This document shows, piece after piece, positions 37,271 to 47,709 of a stretch of 64,000 nucleotides of DNA. Position numbers and translations under genes: made by a program. Location of the stretch: assembly GCA_002726315.1 (NCBI GenBank), contig PBSS01000048.1, positions 4,576-68,575 on the forward strand. Direction: 5' to 3'. Numbering within the stretch: the stretch's first letter is position 1; each line of letters starts with the position of its first letter. This DNA comes from Acidimicrobiaceae bacterium (GTDB taxonomy: Bacteria; Actinomycetota; Acidimicrobiia; Acidimicrobiales; MedAcidi-G1). Under the pieces are notes generated by a model that worked only from the letters and a program-made list of their open reading frames with translations, was not told the DNA's origin and did not search any database.

Positions 37271-37307
37271 TCCAAAACGCCACGGAGCGCCCTCAAGGGC
37301 GCTCCGT
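37271..37307 (-). terminator. Intrinsic terminator downstream of groEL
   Basis: Perfect 12-bp stem CACGGAGCGCCC / GGGCGCTCCGTG with a 4-nt loop (37280-37307), 28 nt after the groEL stop. On the minus strand it is followed by GCGTTTTGG. Confidence 0.8.
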
Positions 37308-37335
37308 GTGGACTGTTGCCTATGGACAAACCCGT

Positions 37336-38979
<1,644 letters not shown>

Positions 38980-39032
38980 TCATAGTGACCCGTGGTCTGT
39001 GAGATGGCCCGGGGACGGGATACGCCACGCCG

Positions 39033-39059
39033 TTGGCACTCTCATGGTGAGAGTGCTAA
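39033..39059. promoter_or_regulatory. CIRCE element (HrcA operator) upstream of groEL
   Basis: TTGGCACTC-N9-GAGTGCTAA against the consensus TTAGCACTC-N9-GAGTGCTAA (1 mismatch), 78-104 nt upstream of the groEL ATG. A TTGACA -35-like hexamer (minus strand, 39098-39103) lies just upstream. Confidence 0.9.
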
Positions 39060-39149
39060 TCCAACCAGCAGCAGCGTTAAATCACAACCTGTCAGGGTGT
39101 CAAGTGGGGGCGTTGAACTGTCTGGTGTCCGAACACAACCGGCCGGAAT

Positions 39150-39425
39150 CTAGCCTCCGGCTACGGCGGGAACGATAGCGACCGTGTCACCATCGGGGAT
39201 CTGGGTAGCGAGGCCGTCGAGGAAACGCACATCGTCGTCACTCACAAACACGTTCACGAAACGTCGGAGGGCACCAGCCTCGTCGAGAATCCGCTCCCCG
39301 AAGCCGGGATGCGACTGCTCAAGGGCTGTCAGTGCCTCACCCACGGTCGCTGCATTGACAGCCACCTCGGGCACCCCACCCGTGAGGGGTCGAAGCGTTG
39401 TCGGAATTCGCACGGTCACAGCCAT
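39150..39425 (-). CDS. MoaD/ThiS-family ubiquitin-like sulfur carrier, CysO-like (C-terminal Gly-Gly)
   Basis: MAVTVRIPTTLRPLTGG...RFVNVFVSDDDVRFLDGLATQIPDGDTVAIVPAVAGG closely parallels M. tuberculosis CysO as I recall it (...IPTILRPHTGG...RFVNIYVNDEDVRF...LPAVAGG). The ORF track extends to 39497. Confidence 0.75.
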   Translation of the reverse strand: MAVTVRIPTTLRPLTGGVPEVAVNAATVGEALTALEQSHPGFGERILDEAGALRRFVNVFVSDDDVRFLDGLATQIPDGDTVAIVPAVAGG

Positions 39426-39533
39426 TCGTTCCACCTGTTCGTCGTTCCGGAGGGCGGACTGAACAGCGACCGCCTTAGCAGAAGTAAATCCTACCAAAGC
39501 AGTCAGGATTCCCCACTGTCAGGAAAATACTTC

Positions 39534-40529
39534 TCATCCCAGCCAGCGGAATCCGAGGTTGGACTTGACTGCCTCTTCCACACAGGTGAGGGTGTCGGTG
39601 GTTGCACGTTCCTCACCGAACTCCTCCACCAGCGAAATGCAGTCGACGTGCCCGACCACATTGGGGGCCACCTGCCCCGCAACCACCAAGAGAGGTACCC
39701 CGGCTGCATCCGCATGGTTGGCGACACCGCCAACCACCTTGCCTTCAAACGAAGTTGAGTCAAGTCGACCTTCACCTGTGACCACCAGGTCGGCGCCAAC
39801 CACGACCTCGTCGAGCCCCACCTCTTCGGCGACCAGATAGACGCCGTCGATCAACTGTGCACCCACCGCCGCTAGGCCACCAGCCAAGCCACCAGCTGCC
39901 CCCGACCTAGGCAGGTCTCTCACATCGAGACCGTGCTCCTCGGCGTAGAACTGAGCGAGCCTCTCGAGGCGTCCGCTCAACATCGCCACTTGAGCAAGGC
40001 TGGCACCCTTCTGGGGAGCGAAGACCTCGGCTGCCTCAACAAAGATTGTCCTCACATCGCAGGCAACCAGCAACTCGATACCTCGGAACCGCGCAAGTGA
40101 TCCCATGGCCTCCAATGCGCCCAGCCCACCGTCGGTAGTCGCCGAACCGCCTAGTCCAACAATTACCCGTCGCGCCCCCTTTTCGACAGCTGTCAAAATC
40201 AACTCACCCGTTCCAGCCGTCGTAGCGTCCAGAGGACTATTCCCGGCCCGCCCCCCAACTAGGTCGAGACCTGATGCCCTTGCCATCTCAATAACAGCGT
40301 TACGACCCTCAAGACGCCACTGAGCCTCCACCGGATCACCCAGTGGCCCGGTCACGATAGTTGACCTGTTGGGGCCCCCAAGAACGTCGAGAGTGCCCTC
40401 ACCTCCGTCGGCCATTGGAACCATGTCAGCACTGCCACCCAGTGCTGAGACTGCACGCGCGATGGCACCGGCAACCTGTTGTGCGGATCCAGTTCCCCTG
40501 AACTTGTCCGGTGCGGCTACCACCCGCAT
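39534..40529 (-). CDS. Glycerate kinase
   Basis: MRVVAAPDKFRGTGSA start, PMADGGEGTLDVLGG and GLGGSATTDGGLG motifs. At 331 aa it is somewhat shorter than typical members. Confidence 0.8.
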   Translation of the reverse strand: MRVVAAPDKFRGTGSAQQVAGAIARAVSALGGSADMVPMADGGEGTLDVLGGPNRSTIVTGPLGDPVEAQWRLEGRNAVIEMARASGLDLVGGRAGNSPLDATTAGTGELILTAVEKGARRVIVGLGGSATTDGGLGALEAMGSLARFRGIELLVACDVRTIFVEAAEVFAPQKGASLAQVAMLSGRLERLAQFYAEEHGLDVRDLPRSGAAGGLAGGLAAVGAQLIDGVYLVAEEVGLDEVVVGADLVVTGEGRLDSTSFEGKVVGGVANHADAAGVPLLVVAGQVAPNVVGHVDCISLVEEFGEERATTDTLTCVEEAVKSNLGFRWLG

Positions 40530-40539
40530 CCGTCAAACC

Positions 40540-41181
40540 TCAACCCGCGTAGATGATTCCATCAGCGCCGAGAATCACTACTACGTCGGCGTTGGCAAGA
40601 CGATCTATAGTGCCGTCAGGAACCGATAAGCCTCCAGTGGGCATCTGTGACAACAGGTCCGGATTGCCCGGAGCCACCGTTTCCATAACCATCCGGGCGT
40701 CGTCGGCAAAGCCAGTTCGGTAGAAGATGCCCGATACGTCGGTGCGGTTGGCGTTGGCCGGGGACTCGAGGGCGTAGCCCCTAGGGTTCAGGATGTCGGT
40801 CACCGCTCCCGCTGCACCACCAATGCCTGAACCGTTAGCCACGAGGACCTTCACGTCGCTGGGTGACCTGCTCGGGAACAAAGGCGCACTGGTAGTGGTG
40901 GTGGCAACCACGGGCTCGGTGGTGACTACGGCGTCTGTCCCGGCTACCTCATCAACGGGAGCACCGGTATCACCCGTATCCGGTATTTCATCTACCTGAT
41001 CCGCTCCCTCAACAGCGGCCGAATCGGAGACGGCCACGGTTCCGACATCGCTGTCGACCGCCTTCCACAACAGGACCAAACCAAGGATGAGTGCGACGGT
41101 TATCAGGAGGAACGCCCTTGGAGCGGCTGAGGGGTTGCTAGGACCCAACCCGACGTTGCGACCCCGACCCCCGACGTTCAC
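40540..41181 (-). CDS. LytR C-terminal (LytR_C) domain-containing membrane protein
   Basis: An N-terminal TM segment and low-complexity linker precede VKVLVANGSGIGGAAGAVTDILNPRGY and ADVVVILGAD. Confidence 0.7.
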   Translation of the reverse strand: MNVGGRGRNVGLGPSNPSAAPRAFLLITVALILGLVLLWKAVDSDVGTVAVSDSAAVEGADQVDEIPDTGDTGAPVDEVAGTDAVVTTEPVVATTTTSAPLFPSRSPSDVKVLVANGSGIGGAAGAVTDILNPRGYALESPANANRTDVSGIFYRTGFADDARMVMETVAPGNPDLLSQMPTGGLSVPDGTIDRLANADVVVILGADGIIYAG

Positions 41182-41432
41182 TTGATGTCCTCGACCACCG
41201 GGCTCTCAAAGCGGGCACGGCGGCGCCTTTCGCGTTGACGCTGAAGCCGTCTTACGACAAGCGGGTCGTAGGCCATCGCTTCTTCGTCCTCAAGTAGGAC
41301 TGTCAGCAACTGTTGGTAGCGGGTAGCCGACAACTCAAAGCGTTCCAGAACCTGCACATCCTTCGGTGCAGGCGAATCCCACCAGGTGCGCTCGAAATCC
41401 AGAATCTCTCGGTCGCGTTGGGTCAGAGCCAT
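41178..41432 (-). CDS. DUF3263 domain-containing protein
   Basis: MALTQRDREILDFERTWW...SATRYQQLLTVLLEDEEAMAYDPLVVRRLQRQRERR. The ORF track extends to 41501. It overlaps the downstream LytR_C gene by 4 nt, a pairing common in actinobacteria. Confidence 0.7.
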   Translation of the reverse strand: MALTQRDREILDFERTWWDSPAPKDVQVLERFELSATRYQQLLTVLLEDEEAMAYDPLVVRRLQRQRERRRRARFESPVVEDIK

Positions 41433-41536
41433 ACAACGATCATCATCCAGGTGGAAGTGCTTTACAAGCACCCCCCCAACAGGGAGTGGGTCGGAGACCA
41501 CGGCGCAGTTCCGGCTCCTTGGCAGGTTGTCCCCTG

Positions 41537-42292
41537 TCAGTCCCGGTAGCTGGAGTCCTCAAGGTCTAGGAGTGTCTTCTGCTCAGCAAAGTGGGCCAGG
41601 CTCTGGTCAGTGAATCGGGCCCACATCCTGAGCACACTGGCAGTCAGGGCATCATCCATGACACGAAGAGGCCTACCGGAACTGAGTGCCAGCACCACGT
41701 TCCTACAGGCCCGCTCCAAGTAGTAGAGCTCCTCAAAGGCGTGAGCCACTGTCTCACCTACCACCGTCACGCCGTGGTTGCCCATCATCATCACCGTGTT
41801 GCCCACCATCGCCTCAGCGACCCGGGCACCCTCTACCGGATCGTCGGGTGGCCCACCTATCTCCATGTCGTAGACGGTGCGGTTCCAAAAGCGTGCCGTG
41901 GCCTGATCTATCGGTGGAATGGTCGGATCTATCAAGCCACACATGGCCGTGGCATAGGGAGGATGGCAGTGGAGCACGGCCCGGGCAGTCGGAATCCGGG
42001 CGTGGATTGCGCCGTGTATGCACCAGGCGGAGGCATCGGGTGCATCTGGTCGATCCATGGTCGACAGATCACTAGCGTCTAGGAGGAGGAGCTCACTGGC
42101 CTTCATGAGGCTGAAGTGCCGCCACTTCGGGTTACACAGGAATCGCTTACCATCCGGTGAGACGGTCGCACTGAAATGGTTCCCCACGGACTCGTGGAAG
42201 TTCATCTTGGCGGCCAGTCGGAAGGCAGCAGCCAGATCCACGCGGATCTGGTCCTCGTCGAACTCGATGGCGGCATTCTCTGCAGCAGTCAT
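41537..42292 (-). CDS. Class II aldolase / adducin family protein
   Basis: AVLHCHPPYATAM plus downstream His-containing motifs (MMGNHGVTVVG). Confidence 0.8.
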   Translation of the reverse strand: MTAAENAAIEFDEDQIRVDLAAAFRLAAKMNFHESVGNHFSATVSPDGKRFLCNPKWRHFSLMKASELLLLDASDLSTMDRPDAPDASAWCIHGAIHARIPTARAVLHCHPPYATAMCGLIDPTIPPIDQATARFWNRTVYDMEIGGPPDDPVEGARVAEAMVGNTVMMMGNHGVTVVGETVAHAFEELYYLERACRNVVLALSSGRPLRVMDDALTASVLRMWARFTDQSLAHFAEQKTLLDLEDSSYRD

Positions 42293-42549
42293 CGGATCGC
42301 ACCTCCCCAGGTTTCACACAAGTCTTGGTGCGCGCAGGGTAGTTCAGGATCGAGGTTGTGAGGCCGCCGAAACCCGGGTTTCGTGGAAAGAGGCTCGTGG
42401 CTGAAGTCCAATAGATTCTGCGTTTGGTGTCCAAATTCGTGTGGAACGGCCCTCCAACCACTAAGCCTCACCTTCGGACGACTTCAGTAACCTTGTGATC
42501 GAAGGGATCGCTCCAAGTGGGCGTTTCACGCCACAAGTTATGCCATCCC

Positions 42550-42626
42550 GCCCGAGTAGCTCAGTTGGTCAGAGCAGGCGCCTTGTAAGCGTCAGGTCGT
42601 CGGTTCGAATCCGACCTCGGGCTCCA
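42550..42626 (+). tRNA. tRNA-Thr (anticodon TGT), CCA encoded
   Basis: Folded by hand: acceptor GCCCGAG/CTCGGGC, D arm GCTC-AGTTGGTCA-GAGC, anticodon arm GGCGC-CTTGTAA-GCGTC, T arm GTCGG-TTCGAAT-CCGAC, discriminator T, then CCA. Confidence 0.9.
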
Positions 42627-43518
42627 CTCTTGCCCCGCCGACCGAGGCCCTATGGCGAGCAACCTCGAAGAGGGCCACTGCAGCCGCAGCCGAGACATTC
42701 ATAGACCCGAGAACCCCCCGCAGTGGAATGTGTGCCAGCGCGTCACAGCGCTCCCTTACGAGGCGTGACAGTCCGGATCCCTCAGCCCCCATCACCAGGG
42801 CCAGCGGCTGATCCACCACTTTCAGGTTGTGGATCATTTGATCACCACCCACGTCGAGACCTACGGACCAGATGCCGAGATCTGCCAGGCGGCCCATGGC
42901 CTTGGGCAGGCCAGACACGCTCGCCATACGCAGGTGTTCGATTGCCCCGGCTGCAGCCTTGGCAGCCGTCGGAGAGACCCTGGCAGCACGGTGCTTCGGC
43001 AATATCACACCAGTGACTCCGGCACACTCGGCCGAGCGCAGGATCGCTCCTAGGTTCCCAGGGTCGGTGATGCCATCCAGCATCAACAGAAACGGATCGG
43101 GGTCCCAGGCGTCACTATGAAGGAGGCCCTCTAGGCCATGATCCCGAAGTGGAGCAGCCAACGCCAAGACGCCCTGGGGAGCATCGGTCTTGGTCATCGA
43201 ATCAAACTTCGATCGTGGCAGCTCACGCATAGAAACTCTCGCCTCGTCAGCTAGGTCGATGATGTCATCAAGAATCGGCGCCGGGTCCATCTCGGCAGCC
43301 AGGATCACCTCCCTCGTACGGCGGTTCCCCGCCAGCAGCAACTCACGCACGGCGTGCCTTCCCTCGACCTGGTCGCCACCGAGGCCCTTCGGAGGTTCGC
43401 CGGAACGCCCCCTTATCGGTGTAGTACCGCGCTGACCACCTCGGGACCTGGGGTTACGACCAGGACCATGCCCGCGCCCGCCCCTGGGAGGTCCGCGACG
43501 ACCCTTCGGGCCGCTCAC
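42592..43518 (-). CDS. rlmB: 23S rRNA (guanosine-2'-O-)-methyltransferase RlmB (SpoU/TrmH family)
   Basis: The N-terminus is Arg/Gly-rich. VEGRHAVRELL and the SPOUT motifs NLGAILRSAECAGV, LVMGAEGSGLS and IPLRGVLGSMNVS follow. The last 11-12 codons run antisense through the 3' end of tRNA-Thr. Confidence 0.85.
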   Translation of the reverse strand: MSGPKGRRGPPRGGRGHGPGRNPRSRGGQRGTTPIRGRSGEPPKGLGGDQVEGRHAVRELLLAGNRRTREVILAAEMDPAPILDDIIDLADEARVSMRELPRSKFDSMTKTDAPQGVLALAAPLRDHGLEGLLHSDAWDPDPFLLMLDGITDPGNLGAILRSAECAGVTGVILPKHRAARVSPTAAKAAAGAIEHLRMASVSGLPKAMGRLADLGIWSVGLDVGGDQMIHNLKVVDQPLALVMGAEGSGLSRLVRERCDALAHIPLRGVLGSMNVSAAAAVALFEVARHRASVGGARVEPEVGFEPTT

Positions 43519-44009
43519 CCGCGCTCCAACAGGACTACGGCCATTGCGGCGATTCCCTCACCGCGACCCAACGCACCAAGGCTCTCCGCTCGTTTGGCCT
43601 TCACCGAGACTGGTGCACCAATGACTGCAACCAAACGATCCTGAATCTCGACCCGGTGTGGGGCCAGCCTCGGCGCCTCGAGCACAACCGTGCAGTCCAA
43701 GTTAACCACCTGCCAACCTTCAGCTCCTACGGCGGCGATGGTGTCAGCCAAGAGGCCGAAGCTATCGATGTCCGCATAGGACGGATCTGTGTCGGGGTAG
43801 CGCTCGCCGATGTCGCCCATACCGGCCGCACCCAACAAGGCGTCGATGCAAGCGTGTGCCACTGGGTCAGAATCACTGTGTCCGACAAGGCCCGGACCAG
43901 CCAGTACCACGCCGCCCAATACCAGTCGTCGATCTGGATCGTCGGAGAACGGGTGTACGTCAAAACCCTGTCCTACGCGCATCTCAGGCATCTCCATGAC
44001 CTCCCCCAA
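43515..44009 (-). CDS. ispF: 2-C-methyl-D-erythritol 2,4-cyclodiphosphate synthase
   Basis: RVGQGFDVHPF and HSDSDPVAHA motifs. Confidence 0.9.
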   Translation of the reverse strand: MGEVMEMPEMRVGQGFDVHPFSDDPDRRLVLGGVVLAGPGLVGHSDSDPVAHACIDALLGAAGMGDIGERYPDTDPSYADIDSFGLLADTIAAVGAEGWQVVNLDCTVVLEAPRLAPHRVEIQDRLVAVIGAPVSVKAKRAESLGALGRGEGIAAMAVVLLERG

Positions 44010-44664
44010 ACAGGTAACGGACGACCTCCAAGTCGACTGGTCGAGTGATCTTCATATTTTGGCTCTCCCCATCCACGACCACCACTGTGCCACCATTGAC
44101 CTCAACCAACGTGGCGTCGTCGTCGGCCTCACCACCGCCGGCATGGGCAGCCCTGATTGCACTTGCCGGGAACCCCTGAGGGGTCTGAACGACCAGAACA
44201 GCGTCACGGTCCACCGGTCCACCTGAAGTGGACCTCAGCGAATCGGACACGTTGATGACCGGAGCTACCGCGTCGGCACCGGCCTTCACAGCTGCAATCA
44301 CGCGCTCGTAGACAGCCTCGGTTGCCAGAGGACGGGCACCGTCATGCACGAGTACAACCTCAGCACCATCAGGAACTAACGCCAAGCCTGCTCGGACCGA
44401 TGCGGAGCGTGTGGCGGCCCCACCGCAGACCTCGACATCACCATCAAGGTCAGCAAGGAGTGTTCGAACACCTTCGATCCGATTTTCAGCAACAACGACG
44501 ACAACCCCGTCCGAAACAGCAGATGCTGTAACAACCGAGCGGGTAAGCACCGGCACTCCCCCAAGGTCGGCCGACTGCTTGTCGGAGCCGAACCGAAGAC
44601 CCTCGCCAGCGGCCACAACCACGGTCCACAGGCTCACGATGCACACCCAGTAGACCGCACACAC
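43984..44664 (-). CDS. ispD: 2-C-methyl-D-erythritol 4-phosphate cytidylyltransferase
   Basis: VVVAAGEGLRFG and VLVHDGARP motifs. The true start is probably internal to the longest ORF. Confidence 0.88.
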   Translation of the reverse strand: MCAVYWVCIVSLWTVVVAAGEGLRFGSDKQSADLGGVPVLTRSVVTASAVSDGVVVVVAENRIEGVRTLLADLDGDVEVCGGAATRSASVRAGLALVPDGAEVVLVHDGARPLATEAVYERVIAAVKAGADAVAPVINVSDSLRSTSGGPVDRDAVLVVQTPQGFPASAIRAAHAGGGEADDDATLVEVNGGTVVVVDGESQNMKITRPVDLEVVRYLFGGGHGDA

Positions 44665-44727
44665 GTCTCTCCGGTTCCCGTTGAGGCTGACTGGTGGTGA
44701 TTCATCTAACTAGCATGGCCAACTGAC

Positions 44728-45387
44728 ATGCCAGACACCACCCTCCTCAGCGAAACAACGCTCTTCGCCGGCCTCGACCAGGCTGACCTCGACACCATTG
44801 CAGCGGTTTCGATAGACCGTGACCTGCAACGTGGAGATGTCATTTTCGTAGAGGGTGACAGCCCTGACGAGCTCTACGTGGTTGTCTCGGGCCGCATAGC
44901 CATCGCCAACAAGTCAATCGACGGCCGCGAATCGATGGTTGCCCTGATGGAACCCGGCGACCTCTTCGGAGAAATGGGCCTGTTTAGCGGAAGGGGTCGA
45001 TCCGCTGAGGCCCGTGCCCTTGAGGCGTCAGTCGTAACAGCAGTCCCTTACGAGCCCCTCAAGGGTCTCTACACAGATGATCCGTCCCTACTCTGGCCCG
45101 TGGTCGAGATGCTGGCCGGTCGGCTGCGCAACATGGATGAGGCCCTAGCTGACTCCGTGTTCTTGGATGTAACGGGCCGCACCGCTAAACGGCTCTTGGA
45201 GTTGGCCGGGGAATCTGACGAGTTCTTCCTTCCGATTACTCAGGAGGAACTGGCCGGCATGATCGGTGCATCACGTGAACGAGTCAATAAGGCCATCGCC
45301 TCATTCGTCCGACTCGGATGGATCGAACAGATCGATCGCACTTACCGCGTCACTAATAGGGAACAACTGACCATCAGGGCCCGCTGA
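44728..45387 (+). CDS. crp: Crp/Fnr family transcriptional regulator (cNMP-binding plus HTH)
   Basis: cNMP pocket GDLFGEMGLFSGRGRSAEARA and C-terminal HTH TQEELAGMIGASRERVNKAI. Confidence 0.88.
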   Translation: MPDTTLLSETTLFAGLDQADLDTIAAVSIDRDLQRGDVIFVEGDSPDELYVVVSGRIAIANKSIDGRESMVALMEPGDLFGEMGLFSGRGRSAEARALEASVVTAVPYEPLKGLYTDDPSLLWPVVEMLAGRLRNMDEALADSVFLDVTGRTAKRLLELAGESDEFFLPITQEELAGMIGASRERVNKAIASFVRLGWIEQIDRTYRVTNREQLTIRAR

Positions 45388-45406
45388 TCTGAACTAACCA
45401 GATCTC

Positions 45407-46063
45407 TCAAGAACCCAGCCATTCCAAGACCCGCTTCCAGGCATCGGCTGCATCAGCTGCTCGGTGTGACGGCCGAGATGGGTCATGGGCGAAGCCATGG
45501 TCAGCCCCCTCATATCGCACCACAGTCGCACCGGTTGCCTCCAAGTCGTCCACATCGCCCGGAGGGGTGTACGGGTCGTCGCAGCCGATTACCGCTAACA
45601 CCGATGAGGCATCACCCTTGCGCAGAATGTCAAGTGGCTCAGCCTGCTCAGGGCCCTTCCAGCGCTCAGGCACCCTAATCATTCCGTAAAAGGGGCAGTG
45701 CCGGTCAAAACGTCCAGTGCTCACAGTCTTGAGTACGTACATGCCGCCCATACAGAAACCCAGGATGGCGACTCTCGCAGCCCCGGTCGCGTCAGCTGCG
45801 GCAATCGCATCGCCCAGCACTCGCTCGTCGCGGAGGCCAGTGGCTGCCTCGTAGCGCCCCTCCAAGTCCAAGTGCTCCTGATCCGGATAGAGCTCGAAGG
45901 CGCAAACTGACCAGCCATTCGCCTCGGACAGGTCCGCTACAATTCCATCACATAATGGACGCAACCCCATGATGTCAGGAACGACCACTAAGCCACGGAC
46001 AGCAGATCCCGCTTCTGGGTTGACCAGTTCCGCAGCCGTACCAGAGGGCAGATGGATTCTCAT
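45407..46063 (-). CDS. Dienelactone hydrolase family protein
   Basis: Nucleophile elbow GFCMGG, C-terminal ADHGFAH, and size of about 218 aa. Confidence 0.75.
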   Translation of the reverse strand: MRIHLPSGTAAELVNPEAGSAVRGLVVVPDIMGLRPLCDGIVADLSEANGWSVCAFELYPDQEHLDLEGRYEAATGLRDERVLGDAIAAADATGAARVAILGFCMGGMYVLKTVSTGRFDRHCPFYGMIRVPERWKGPEQAEPLDILRKGDASSVLAVIGCDDPYTPPGDVDDLEATGATVVRYEGADHGFAHDPSRPSHRAADAADAWKRVLEWLGS

Positions 46064-46081
46064 TGCACCTGCTTAGTTCAA

Positions 46082-47662
46082 TTAACCCTGAGACTGGTCA
46101 TCCTTTTGGTGAAAGAGACCTGAAAAACTGTTGATCGTTGGGTGTGTGAATCCTTCCGGCACCAACGCTGTACCACTCATGAGAACTGTCGACATGCCCA
46201 TTGTTCTAGCTGCCTCAAGTGTTGCGATCTCTGATTCGATCAGCAACATGTTGGAAAATGACACTCCTGACATGCGACGAAGAGCCTCAAACATTGCCTG
46301 GCCTGGCTTACGGGCCCCCACCTCACCGCTAACCACCCAATGTCTGATTAGGCCATCTAGGTCAAGTCTCTTGCGCAATGCCAAGGTCCATGGCAGCACC
46401 GCGTTTGTCAGGCACGCGACCGTCATCTCCCTCCTGGCCATCTGGTCTAAGAACGCAGGAACATCTGGTCTCAGCCTGACACCGGACAGGTACTCCGCAT
46501 CAAGGTCTCCTGCGTCGCCAGCTACGCCGACAGCTGCCCAGAACTCAGCAGCGGAAACTTGGCCCAGGCTGGCCGCACGGTACCTGTCGGCCACCTCGCG
46601 CGGGTCGGCTATCCCACCATGTTCTCTGACAAAGGACACCAAAAGGCCCTCCGGATCGGTACCAGCATCCCAGATCACACCGACCCCACCAAGCACGACT
46701 AGTTCCAGCCGACGCGCACTATTCTCGTCGGGTCGCGACGGCTTATGCTCAATAATTTCTGTCGGCTGGGAGCGCCTCCGTGTTGGTCTCGGTAGGTGCC
46801 CCACCCTGTACCGCAGGGGGTTGTGACCCAGCAGCCGACGAACCAGCCTGGAAACACACAACAGGAGCAGGAGGGCGGCCACCGTCACCGATGCCCCCAA
46901 CCAGAGCCTCGGAGCCCGGTCAGCAACGGATCCGGATACCGCGATGACCGTGGGCGTCGAATCTCCCAGCGCTACGGCCCACACAGCAGAGCCACCATCG
47001 ACCCTGTCGGAGTTGGTGACGATCTCACCGGGGAGTTCTACAACGAGGTCAAAGCCGAACGAGTCGGCCGGGTCGCAAGCGACGCAACCGGCAAGTGCTG
47101 CCAACTCCTCCCTGGTACGGCCCAACGGAAGCCCGGATAGTGCCTCCTTGAGCCCCGAGTCACTGAAAGCTTCCAGTCCACTGGACAGGTCGATCCGTCC
47201 CTGCAAGCTCCATGTCGTGCGTGCAAAGGACCGTCTACGCATGAGATCCATTTCCGAAAATACGCCTGGTCCGGCGATTTCGTCCAAGATCGACATGAGC
47301 CTTTCGGGCGCCCCAAAGGCCTTTGATGCGACCACCGAAGTGACGCCATCATTGGTAGAACGGTGGGGCCCTTTGACCTCCCACCTTGCGTCCTCTAGGT
47401 CCTCAAGGCGAATCTGGTGGTCGAGTCCACCCACGGCCTCCACGGCGGCGTCGTCCAACTCCAGTTGGACCTCGACCATGCCTGTGCCACCCTCATCAAG
47501 GTGAACGGACACGGTGGCGTCGGCACGACAGGCCGATGCAAACATGACGAGGCCGACGACCAATAGCAGTTGTGGACAAAAGCGGGACCCACCCACACCC
47601 GACACAGGCCACGACACCAGACGAGGCAGCGATAAAGACATGCTCATGACGCTAGTCAGCAC
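46082..47662 (-). CDS. LppM-like (DUF3153-like) lipo/membrane protein fused to a degenerate HAD-like domain
   Basis: A signal or TM segment ends in ...VMFASAC (weak lipobox). An extracytoplasmic domain follows, then a TM helix (LWLGASVTVAALLLLLCV) and a basic linker. The C-terminal HAD-IA-like domain has motifs II (CLTNA) and III (GARKPG), but the Asp motifs read LVVLGGVGV and LLIESE. Confidence 0.5.
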   Translation of the reverse strand: MLTSVMSMSLSLPRLVSWPVSGVGGSRFCPQLLLVVGLVMFASACRADATVSVHLDEGGTGMVEVQLELDDAAVEAVGGLDHQIRLEDLEDARWEVKGPHRSTNDGVTSVVASKAFGAPERLMSILDEIAGPGVFSEMDLMRRRSFARTTWSLQGRIDLSSGLEAFSDSGLKEALSGLPLGRTREELAALAGCVACDPADSFGFDLVVELPGEIVTNSDRVDGGSAVWAVALGDSTPTVIAVSGSVADRAPRLWLGASVTVAALLLLLCVSRLVRRLLGHNPLRYRVGHLPRPTRRRSQPTEIIEHKPSRPDENSARRLELVVLGGVGVIWDAGTDPEGLLVSFVREHGGIADPREVADRYRAASLGQVSAAEFWAAVGVAGDAGDLDAEYLSGVRLRPDVPAFLDQMARREMTVACLTNAVLPWTLALRKRLDLDGLIRHWVVSGEVGARKPGQAMFEALRRMSGVSFSNMLLIESEIATLEAARTMGMSTVLMSGTALVPEGFTHPTINSFSGLFHQKDDQSQG

Positions 47663-47709
47663 GTCACGAGGGTGGGGAGGCTGCGACAGCGATGCTGCCA
47701 GCCGTTGGA

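Noticed and set aside
42293-42626. The tRNA-Thr genes (here and at 60269-60341) as possible integration sites of mobile elements.
   Set aside because: No integrase, recombinase or phage-like genes are present. There is no duplicated tRNA 3' segment, and no compositional break flanks either tRNA. The neighbours are core housekeeping genes.
45384-45406. Short inverted repeat GATCTG-N7-CAGATC between the convergent crp and dienelactone hydrolase genes, as a bidirectional terminator.
   Set aside because: The stem is only 6 bp and AT-rich, with no T-tract. That is too weak to call.
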